Assembly (NCBI RefSeq): GCF_024521635.1
Contig: NW_026250423.1
Span: forward strand, 62,001-126,000
Reading direction: 5' to 3'
Length of the DNA: 64,000 nt
Source of the DNA: Tricharina praecox
Taxonomy: Eukaryota
The position numbers and the translations under genes are program-made. The notes under the pieces are model-generated. The model had not been told where the DNA came from. It saw nothing but the letters and a program-made list of their open reading frames with translations, and did no database searches. Below are positions 51,601-62,055 of the stretch, piece after piece. Numbering within the stretch: the first letter of the stretch is position 1; each line of letters starts with the position of its first letter.

Positions 51601-52575
51601 TCGTTCAGCACCCGCAACCCCAGGTTTCTTTTTTTTTCTTTTTCCGGCTTCTTTTCCCTGGGGATTTCATGTGGTCCATGCACTCCTTTGTCGCATACCT
51701 AGAGCAGGTACATAGAGTATGTACCTGCCTGCCTGGCCATGTACCTACCTCTAGAGTATGTAGAGTAACTATATTCCTCGCCGCTTTCAAGGCTCAAGGC
51801 TCAAGGCTCATATGATAGATCCCGGTCGCGGCCGGTGCTCACTGCAGGAGGACAGCACCGGCTTGCGAGTCGCAGACTCGCAACCATGGTCTCGGAATTC
51901 CATAGTTGGGCGCATTAAGTACCCTACCTAACCACCAGACATGCCCCCCTGAAACGCAGTCGAGATACGACGCTGACCGCTGACCGCTGACCGAGGGGGC
52001 CAGCGAGGATTGCCATTGGCGGTTGATCGCCGGTATGTATGGATGTGTGTATGGATGTACTCTACTCTACTCCAGAGGTGCCGGATTCCCACAGAGCCGG
52101 TTTGTTCGCTCTGCAATTCGATGGGTGTAGCATACCTACATGCCTGAGTACCTAGGCCTACATAGGTGTCGAGGCGATGGGTCCGACGCCCTGCGATCGG
52201 TCGGCCCGACACCGACACCGACACCGAAATCCGCACCGATGGACATTCCACACCGTCCTGTACCTTCCTTCCTTCCTTCCTTCCTTCCTTTCTCCGGATA
52301 CTCTACCCTACTACCTACTCTATTACCCTATGCTATATACCCCGCCCGCCCGCGGACATCTCCGCAAAACTTGCAGTCGCAGCCGCGATCCATGTACTCT
52401 GCTAGGTATCATAGGAAAATGGAAGCGGTTATGTACGTAACATAGGTACATACCGTACATCACACGCAGAATATCAAACGACCACTTAACTACAGGTTGC
52501 TCACGTATCCATGTCGTGCCATGTCGTGTCTCGTCCACCGTCGACGTCTGTCCAACTCGAGCCACCACGACACAT

Positions 52576-52703
52576 ACACAGACACCGACACAGACACAGA
52601 CACAGACACAGACACAGACACAGACACAGACACAGACACAGACAGACACATACACAGACACAGACAGACACAGAAACAGACACAGACACAGAAACAGACA
52701 CAG
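52576..52703. repeat. (CACAGA)n hexamer microsatellite
   Basis: Read directly. Confidence 0.95.
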
Positions 52704-55700
52704 AACTTACTTTTCCATCATCCCATCCCATGCCGGTCGCCGTCGGGTGGGTGGGTGGGGTTGCGGGTATACCTTGTTTGTCGGTATGTACACCTGTACG
52801 ACGGCCTATCCTATGGCGAACTCGACTCTCGACTCTCGAGTCTTCCTTGCAGCAGCAGCAGCATCAATTCGTTGTCGTTGTCGTTGTGCGACTCGTGCTG
52901 ACTGCCAAACGGCTTCGATCCTAACTACCGGTAACTATCGCCAAACGGAAAACAGCGCAGCGGGGTCGGAGGACAACCCAGTCTGGCTCGGGTCATCCGC
53001 TCACACGCACCCCGCCGCGTACTCTCGACTTGTCGACTCTCGCCTAGGTACTCTGCTCTACTCAGGTATCCCGGAAAGCAGCCAGAGCTGCTCGCAGTCG
53101 CAGTCGCAGTTACGGATGCTCTCGGGAAGTCGGGAAGTCGGGGATTCAGGCATCGGAAATAGTAGATTGCGAATACCGTATGGACGGAGCGAAGTCGTAA
53201 TGGTCGTTCGAGTTCCACTGCGACGCGCGATCGCATCCCTTTCGTCTCGTGTAACCTCCCAAGATCACGGGTGGAGAGGGAGAGGGAGAGCTTCACATGG
53301 TAGGTGCTGGTTTTCTTCCTCGTTTCCTGCACCAGCTCCTCCAGCAGTCGATCGCACGATGACGGAGTCCCTGCTGCTGCTCTCGGAATTGCCACCCTCG
53401 CCGTGGCCAACCAGCAGGTACTATTATACCTATCCTATAGGTACCACGTCCCCATATCCAACAAACCTCTCGCTCCCTTACCCACGTGCGTCAGCCTCGG
53501 CCGGTGGGATCCCGTCCGAATACATACATACATAGAGCTCCCATGTATGTAACATAGGTAGTAACTAGCGACGCAATTCCCACAACCTGGGTTCGCGATG
53601 TCTCAGATGTGAGTGTTTCCCAATGAACAGTCCCCACCGTCCCCACCGTCCGCACATCCACAGCATCCACAGCATCATCAGCAGCATCACAGGGCCCGCC
53701 GCCATCTCGGAGTCAAGACACGTAGGAGGAGATGTGTGGGCTGATCGCAGGGCGGGAGGTCTCGGCCTCTCGGGCTCGACTCGCCGTTTCGTAATAAACT
53801 GGCCGGCCAACCGGCGATATCGCCCCGTTTGGACGGTGTGGCCGCTGGCGACGATACGATTACTACTATTATCGAGTGCTTTTGGTTAGGTACTGCGTAT
53901 AAAAGTAATAGTTGTGTAGAGGTATCGGTGTCCATCGAGACGACTGGGGATGGGTAGTTAGTAGTCATCCGCAGGGCGACTTGTGCTCAATTGGCTGGTT
54001 CACCTTCGGAACTCGGCAAGCTCAAGCTACTTACCTAAGTACTAGGTACGTGCCTACATCGAGAGACTTCGAACACCGACGAGGCTCGAGAGGCTGCGAT
54101 CACATCTGAAAGAGGCCGGTGTTGGCATGTTAACTGCTGTCAATCCACTCGCGGCTCGCCGTTCGCCGTTGCTCAGCGACAGCGGATCATGAAGCTTAAA
54201 CAATTCGGCGTGGTGGACTAACCCCGACGTCCCGATGCGCCGCGGCAGGCCGTTCCTGACATTCATGGAGAATCAATTCCGAGGTTGCGGTTGCTTTACG
54301 GTGGTAGGTATATCTCGCTGCTACGGTACCTTGCAAAACCCTGCCATGTACACACATATGAGGCGTGCGCACCATGACCATCGACGGGGTGAGGCTACCA
54401 TCGTTACCATCATTACCGAGGGAAGAATGTACATATGATAAGTACATACGGCAGATGAAATCACTCCACAGAGCATTCCTTCGGCACTTTGGTGGGTAGG
54501 CCGCTGATGGGACGATGGTGGTGACTTGGAAGCCTTCACCACTTCTAAGTTCTGACCGTGCGGTGTGGTGCGGTGCTGGCGAAACCCCGGCGCCGACAGG
54601 TTAGTTGGTTAGTTGTTCCATCTAGGTCCATCTACATGGTTAACTTGTACAGTATTGTACAGTACGATCCCGACTAACTCATTAACCCCGTCCACATCAG
54701 CACCGCCAGGCCGGCACCCCCAGCACCAGCACCAGCAGTCTCTTGGCTCGTGACTGAGGTATTGTGAGAGTCTAGAGGTCGCCGTCCCGTCCGTCATCAC
54801 CACGAGTTTTCCCAGGGATGACCGCTCCGGAGCAAAGACCGCCAACGGAAGTTGCACCCGACAAGCTCGAGATCAAATCCCACGTTACTCTACGATCCGT
54901 ATAGTAGAGACGGTGATAACTACCTAGCGGGATACCCCGATAGCAAGCCCGTTCATCGGGACATTGTGGACAATGTGGACATTGACACGAGTGGACTTGC
55001 GTGTGGTAGTAGCCTTTCGAGATGAGGCTCCGTCGATCGTGCCCCCCTTCGCCCTGCCAATCTCCTCGTCCGAAATACGGTATGTACTTGTACGAGCTCG
55101 GCTGCTAGTTAGTCCCGGAACCACACTCGGGCCGTTCGCAACTAGCCGTCGGAGAGTGCCCAGCGGACGGACGGACGGGCCGCACCCGAGATCGAACCGT
55201 TCCATCGAGCCGCACCGACCGACGTGCAACCACGGCGGGTGGGTTTTCCCTTGACCTTCCGACAACACAGCCATATTCGAACGGCAGTCGCAGGGAGTGT
55301 GGCGCGGAGTACGGGTACTCCAACTGCACGGGTATACCGGATAATGAGTACTCCAATCACACGGGCACACCAAACAACGTAAACGCTCCGTCCACCGATG
55401 TTGTGGTGCATTGACAGGTCGTAGGTGGGCTGGAGCAGCAGCAGACATCTGTTTCATTCCCAACATGGACTCGATGGGACGATCCGCCACCGGGCAGGTC
55501 AACCGATAGGCAGGTAACCACGCCAACGACCGAAAGCCAGTGGAGACCGGCCATCAGCGGGTAGTGGTGGTAGTGCTGGTGTTTCGATGGATAGTCCTTC
55601 AAGTTACCCTATTCGATCTGAGCATTAGAGCTGTCCATACATAGCGGACCCATCACCACCATGCCATCATGCCATCCCCCATCCAGGAAGGGAACGTTAC

Positions 55701-58700
55701 CGCGTCTGGAGCAACATGCCTCGTGGCCCTCCCAAGTTACCCAGCGCATATTTCTCCCCTTCTCTTTGCGGCCTAAACAAGTGACGGGAAGCCAACTTGC
55801 AGCTCCCGTAGTTACTGCACATCGGGAATATATCCGGTACGGTACTAGCTGGGCGGGACGGAGCGCAGCGCGGCGCGGCGGGGGTACGGCGGCAACTTCG
55901 AAACCGGATGCAACTGGCTGCGCGCATAAAATCGTGCGTCTGCTGCGCTCATCCTCCCTTCGCATCCTACTCTATTCTTCTGGGCGGTCGACTCGCTGTA
56001 TCGCTTCCAGTTTTTCTTCTTCTTTTCTTTCTGCAGGGCGATAATAATTTGTACCTATGGCACATACAAAGAAGATATCTGCCAGACAGCCGCAGCGTAA
56101 GCCATAGTACAATACACACGGGGGAATCCGAATACATCGGTAGGTACATACATACCATGTGCGAAGCCATGCATAACATGCATTCCCGCACACTTGTCAC
56201 TTTGCGGTGCGTGAACGTCGGCCGCTTGTCTGCCTGCCTGCCTGCCTAATCGGAGTGCCTGTGTAAGTATTCACGTTCACTCATGCGGTTCGTACGCACG
56301 CACGTACGTACGTACGGGGGGTGAAGGGGGAGAAAGAGAAAAAAACATCCTTAGCCTTAACTAGCCGAGAGGAACGGGCAGGAATACATGTGTAGATTGT
56401 ATGTATGAGGTATGTACCGACATATCTTCAATCTGGGTATAGTAGAGCACTCTGCCAGACAGTGACAGTGACAGCGGGTTGGATTCGATTCGAAGCGCGG
56501 GATATCGCGCAACAGTGTTGTTTGCCCACTCTGCGTGGCGATAGTGGCGATAATGCCGCCGTCCAGTCCCGCGCCGGTCGACCGAATCGCGGGCAAGGCG
56601 TGCAAACTCGGAGGAGAAAACTGCTGCGTAACGCCCGTGAGTGCCAGTGCCCGTGAAGTTGCGGTGTCCATAGCGGCTGTGGAGATTCCGACGCCGGTTA
56701 CTGAGTGTGGGTGTGAGTGTGAGTGTTTCACGGCAGAGCTGCCATCATCTATGCGGTAGTTAGACGTGGAGATTTCCGGTGCGAAATGGCAGGTGTCCCC
56801 AGGTGTCCCCAGTACCGTTCCCGACTGATGCCTCATGCCTCGTGCCTCATGTCTGATGAAACGGCCGGAAAGTCGGCGCGGTAATTCCGGCGCTTAGGAT
56901 GTATTGGGAGCCGGGGGCGGGAGTGAGCGGCCATGATTCGCGTATGCGACTCGACCCCAAACCAGATCCTGTGCGCACGTAGTTAGAGTAATCACGTCGG
57001 TCTGGATCGCTCTGTCCGGATCAGTCGCTCCGGCATCCCCCGGGCGCGGTAGAGTACATGACCGAGAGTTGATTGATGCGCCGCGCGAGTGATCAGTTGT
57101 GATCCGCCCTGCCCGCACCTCCTATCGTCGCCCGAATTCACACACAGCGCTGGTTAGCTCGGCCGAGCCTTCCGTGTGTTGCGGGCACTCAATACTAAAC
57201 CGGACTTGTAGCGGTATGGTCCGGTGCGGTGCGAGTGATTCCCCGCGCTGCAACTGGGAGCCGAATGTACATACCAACGAACGCTGCGTGCCTCGGAATG
57301 AACGGCTTCGCAAACAAGCCCGCTCATGTCGTTTCTAGTCTACCTATCTTCTGCCTCACGTCTCTCCCGTCAGTGGCTCGCCAATAGGTAGTACGCCGTG
57401 TCTTCGGATGACGCTGCTGTTGTCCTCGATCTCATCCGCACTCAGGGCGTGCATGTACGGAGCTGGATGGACTTATGTACTCTACTAGCATATCCCCAAC
57501 GCCTATTCCACTCCATACAGTGCTGGCGGTCCCCGCGCCTCACTGAATAACTCCGCAGCTGTGTTTCGTACTGGATCTTGGCCGCAGCCTGCGTACCAGC
57601 GTTACTGTTACATTCCCGCTCTTGTCTCGCCTCGGGGATATAGAGTAGAGGATAGAGGGTAGAGAGCAACTTCGGCACGGGGTTCTCCCCGTAGTTGTGG
57701 CGGAACGAAAATCAGAACATTGCGGAATGCAGGAGCTGGACGGATTTTGCTGCTGTTGAACGCGCCGAAGCAACTACATACAGAAATGGGGAACAGAAAA
57801 AACAAGCCGCCATCAGTCAGGACTCAGCCCCGTCCATCCTCCGCACACCGCTGCCAGCTCCTCGTCCCCCGGCTCCACACTTTCACCTCGCGGGTGATGT
57901 ATCATGACGCCAAGCCACACAGACGAGGAGCCAGCCCAGCCCATGAGCCGTCCTCTATGGACGATGGGGATGCCAGCGCTGCAATAACGGCGTCAATGGA
58001 GTGGGAGGAGTGGTGGAGGACGAGACTGTGTGGGACATCGAGGAGGCTCTGGACCGGTCAGAGCAGGCGGTTCAGTGACGGAAGGTTCAGTGACGGGAGG
58101 GTGAGGCGACGGCGGAGTTTCCTCGATCCGATCACTATCAGGAGCTCTCTTGGGGCTGGTGCCCTTGGATCCTACGTAGAGCGCGGGAAACCAGCCAGTC
58201 TTCTGGACTGTGGATAGGTATCAGGACACCGCTTCCCACAATGGACTGCACAGTGCACGCGGATTATGAGCGGTGAAGCAAGCAGGCAAGCAAACAGGCG
58301 GGGCGAAACGCTCGCTTTTTGATGATTAGCCAGTAACTACTGCCTGGTGGTCTGGAGGAGATGTTTACTCCGTCATGGTAGCCTTCCGGAATGTTCTGTC
58401 ATGCATTCCGCGGCAAGATCCGATCAATGGTCCGGACAGCGCAAGCGGTATCACCGCTCGGTGAGATTCAATGGCCCCGCGAGATTACTACTAGGCCTTC
58501 CCTCACCATCTGCCATTGAATCTCGCCAGCCTCAGATATTGAAGCTTCACCCCCACACCTACAAAACCCCTACTCCCACCCACCAACTTCTCTTCTTCTC
58601 TTCATCACACGTATCGGACATTCACACAACTCTCTGCGAGAACTAAAACGCAACATTTGAATATCCGAAGTAAGTAAATCCGCCTTATCACACAAATCAC

Positions 58701-58734
58701 TCGCAGATCACAAATACTAACTCGGATACCAGAG

Positions 58735-59337
58735 ATTTCCGGACAGCGATACAACCTGCGCAAGCGCGCCGCGAAGCCCGCAGCCACCGTCAATACTCCC
58801 GGCCGCAAGGCCAACAAGGTAAGCACAAGCCCACCCGCACTCCCACCCAATGCACGACATCTGACACCGCTCTGACAGAACCCCAAGTCCGCCAGCGGCG
58901 GCATCTCCAAGGCCGCGCGGGCGCCGAAGACATACGTCTACTGCATAAAGCCCAGCAGCATGGCTCGGCTCGCCGAATTGGAGTTCGGCGAGCACACCAC
59001 GCTCGTGGAGGGCGCGCGTTTCTACCTCCTGCCTGGAGGAAAGAAGCGCGCCCCGAGCGGCGTGGTGTCCATGAGGGTCACCGTGCCCGCTGGAGTTGAC
59101 GCCAAGTGGCTGGTGGAAATGGACTTGGAGGAGGAGTTCTTGGGGGAGGCGGATGAGCAGGTGATGGAGGAGGAGCGCCAGGCGGCGGCGGCGGAGCACG
59201 AGCAGGAGGAGAAGCTGGAACAGCAGATCCAGCAACAGCTGGAAAATGAACAGCTGGGGGAAGAGGAGCAAGCAGAAGTGGATAAAGAGGAGGAGGCGGC
59301 TGGCAACACCAGCCGCCGGAGTTGCATCGTAATGTAG
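58735..59337 (+). CDS. EGARF-family copy A; exons 58735-58818, 58879-59337; ATT in place of the paralogues' ATG (or start at internal ATG 58960); acidic coiled-coil tail ending in CaaX CIVM
   Basis: (I)SGQRYNLRKRAAKP..GRKANK/NPKSASGGISKAARAPKTYVYCIKPSSMARLAELEFGEHTTLVEGARFYLLPGGKKRAPSGVVSMRVTVPAGVDAKWLVEMDLEEEF...NTSRRSCIVM*. The phase-0 GTAAGC..CAG intron is at the same position as in copies B and C. Confidence 0.7.
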
Positions 59338-60399
59338 AAGACATTACTTTTTTTTCCATCTTCTTTCTTTTTTGCTTCCCGCGGCTAACCCCGACAGGGC
59401 TCCCTCATTCCCCGCTGCTGTCTACTGTCAGAGTAGAAGTGACAGACGCCGCTTCTCACGGCCATGGACTGCTCAGTGCATGCGGATGATGGGCGGCGAA
59501 GCAAGCAAGCGGGCAAAGCGCTCGCTTTTAATGATTGGGTAGTACTGACCGGCGGTGTGGAGGAGATGTTTACTCCGTGATGGTAGCCTCCTAGAACGTT
59601 CTGTGAAATCCGTGGGAAGATCTGATTAGAGGCCCTGACGGCGCTCGGTGAGGTTCAATAGCCTCCGCGAGGCTATTGCGTGGAATAGTGTTTTCTGAGG
59701 GATGACAATGTGCTTCAGGACGGCAGCTGTTACACTATGAAACGGCTCTCTACCACGACATGAACGAGGTATGGGGAACGAAAGCAAGATGATCGTCACG
59801 GCCGAGGCGCGAGCCTAAAATTATCTGTAGAAAAAGTGCTAAAGCCAAAACCCCGTGAAAACACACTAGCAAGCTTCGAAGCTTGCACGATTCTAAGCTC
59901 ACACCACCTATAAAACCACCCCTTCCCTCCTTCCATCTCTCCTTTCCTTTTTCTTCTTCAAGCACAGGCATGAGCAAAGCACAACAGCAGTGGCAAGAGT
60001 AAAGAGCAAGCACAGCAGTGGCAAGAGCACAGCGGATTGATATAACGCCCCTTACGTGGTCGAGGTTTTTTTCCTACGGGTTTCCTCATAAAAAACATCA
60101 TCTTCCTGGCTGCAATGCGAGGGGGTGAGATTTTTTTCTGGCTCTTCTCGGTCTAGGGTGGTAGCGGAGAGGCTCGGAGATCACGGTTCGTCGCAGATCG
60201 GCACGGTGATTCATCAGCATCCGGCGACGGGTGTGTGGGATCGTTGCCCATTATCGAGACACGCAGCAGTTGATCCGAAAGACCATCGCCGCACCGGTGA
60301 AGACGCCAGACGATCAAAGTCTCCACCACCAGCAGCAGCACGGGAGCCTCCGGTGGAGCACAGGGACCAAGAGTGGCCTGGAGGCACGCCGGTGTGCAG

Positions 60400-60560
60400 C
60401 GTTGGCAGTAGCTAGCCTATAGCCAAGATGGGCGCTTGACTCTGCCACGGCTACGTCCTCGGGAAGTAGTCGCCGTATGGTTGTCCTGAACAGTTCTTTC
60501 ATACCGATGGAACAACGTATCACTGAAGCGACGGCCTGAATCCGAGCAATCACTGGCCAG
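60400..60560 (-). mobile_element. Possible degenerate hAT-type transposase fragment within the insert between units A and B
   Basis: VIARIQAVASVIRCSIGMKELFRTTIRRLLPEDVAVAESSAHLGYRLA loosely resembles the hAT pattern I.K.R.....IR.S....F ... L..DV.TRWNST..ML.R. The RW core is missing. Confidence 0.2.
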
Positions 60561-60960
60561 TACCAAGATTGTGACCAGCAGCTAGGTCCGAATCTACTGA
60601 AGAGTGCGAAATATGCTCATCCGGCTTATATGTCGACTGTAGTTTTCTACAGCTGGTAAACCAAACAGCGTGCTTTCGTAATCGATTTGTCTGTGATAAC
60701 GAGGAAATGGAGCCTCTACTATTGCGTATTCGCAACTGGTATTACAGGCACAAATCACAGTATTGGGTTTGCAGGCTACTAAGGGTATCGCAGGCTCAAG
60801 CTCCGAAGTGCCTAGTCCTCCCGCTCAAACGCCTTGGAGGGCCGCGCCAGGGTAAGCCCTCCCGGAGACCTAGCCCCGCGCTGCCCGCTGGTGTACATAG
60901 AAGGGTTTCTTTTTGAATCCCGCTAGCCTCAGATGTTGAAGTTTCACCAACATATTCACC

Positions 60961-60967
60961 TATAAAA
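60961..60967 (+). promoter_or_regulatory. TATA box of copy B (TATAAAA); equivalents are TATAAAT at 63506 (copy C), TACAAAA at 58560 (copy A) and an orphan TATAAAA at 59909
   Basis: Positionally conserved within the repeated promoter block and followed by a pyrimidine-rich tract typical of fungal core promoters. Confidence 0.6.
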
Positions 60968-61133
60968 CCCCACGTCCGCCACCCACTTCTCTTCTTCTCT
61001 TCATCACACATATCGGACATTCACAAAATTCTCTGCGAAAACTAAAACGCAACATTTGAATATCCAAAGTAAGTAGATCCGTCTTATCACACAAATCACT
61101 CGCAGATCACAAATGCTAACTCGGATACCAGAG

Positions 61134-61605
61134 ATGTCAAAACACTCCTACAACCTGCGCAAGCGGGCTCCAAAGCCCGCTACCGCCATTCCGCATGGCC
61201 GCAAAGCTCCCGAGGTAGTTTGGCCCAACCCACACTCCTATCCGGCCGCATCTGACATCGTGTCCACAGATCTCCAAGTGCCTACAGATCTCCAAGTGCG
61301 CACGCGCACCGAAGACACACGTCTACTGCCTAAAGCCCGGCAGCATGGCTCGGCCCGCCGAAATAAATTTCGGCGAGCACACCACGCTCGTGGAGGGTGC
61401 GCGCTTCTACCTCCAGCCTGGAGGCAGGAAGTGCGCCCCACGCGGCGTGGTGTCCATGGTGATCACCGTGCCAGCTGAAGTCGACCTCCAGTGGCCGGTA
61501 GTAATGGACTTGGGGGAGGAGATCTCGGGGAAGGCGGAGGCGGGCACCAGGTGGAAGACACAAGGGAACCGAGAATTGTATCATCCGGTTCGACTCAGAC
61601 CCTGA
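61134..61605 (+). CDS. EGARF-family copy B; exons 61134-61214, 61270-61605; C-terminal tail apparently frameshifted
   Basis: MSKHSYNLRKRAPKP..GRKAPE/ISKCLQISKCARAPKTHVYCLKPGSMARPAEINFGEHTTLVEGARFYLQPGGRKCAPRGVVSMVITVPAEVDLQWPVVMDLGEE... An acidic tail (FDSDPESESEEPLISDEARRAIEEV...) lies in another frame at about 61589-61746. Confidence 0.7.
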
Positions 61606-61743
61606 GTCCGAGAGCGAAGAGCCCCTCATATCCGACGAAGCCCGCCGTGCAATCGAGGAGGTTGCCGGACACGACGGCGAAGAGCAGGAGCAGAATCTGC
61701 TGTTGCTCCCTGGCCTGGATCCGTGCGGAGCTATCGGCATTGA

Positions 61744-62055
61744 TTGAGATGGCACTCGGCAGTAACCTATATCACTAGAGATGGCGAAGCGGTATCCACA
61801 AGCTTGAGTGAAAGGGATAGTGCGGATGGACTGGAAAAATATGCTGTTTATGTCCGCCCCATGTGTAAAGATGTGGTGGCGGCGTTTATGGGGAGTACCA
61901 CTGGTGGCGGTAGATCCCAGGTGCTGGCAAGTGGGCCTGCGGGAATGGCGAGCGAATTGAGGGTTGCAGTCGCGGAATGCAACGACGCAGCGAGTGTCTG
62001 GAGGGGTGAAGAAGCGGCGGATGTGGGCCTGTATTGGGATAGCCGTTATTTGTGA
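61744..62055 (+). pseudogene. C-terminal fragment resembling the NAD-binding end of a fungal ferric-reductase (FRE/NOX-like) protein
   Basis: YITR...RPMCKDVVAAFM....RSQVLASGPAGMASELRVAVAECNDAASVWRGEEAADVGLYWDSR matches my recollection of the RP..V..F...SGP.GM...R..VA pattern of FRE NAD-binding domains. No N-terminal part is present. Confidence 0.6.

Noticed and set aside
52516..53535. 339-aa ORF in the track
   Set aside because: Length comes from the (CACAGA)n repeat and low-complexity DNA; no codon bias or domain.
57695..58217. ORFs immediately upstream of the array, including an acidic stretch (EDETVWDIEEALDRSEQ)
   Set aside because: Could be the remnant tail of another unit, but no alignable family motif was found.
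61560..61610. GGTTCGACTC, resembling a tRNA T-loop/B-box
   Set aside because: The flanks do not form a T-stem or cloverleaf, and it lies within copy B's coding tail. No tRNA or rRNA was found in the window.
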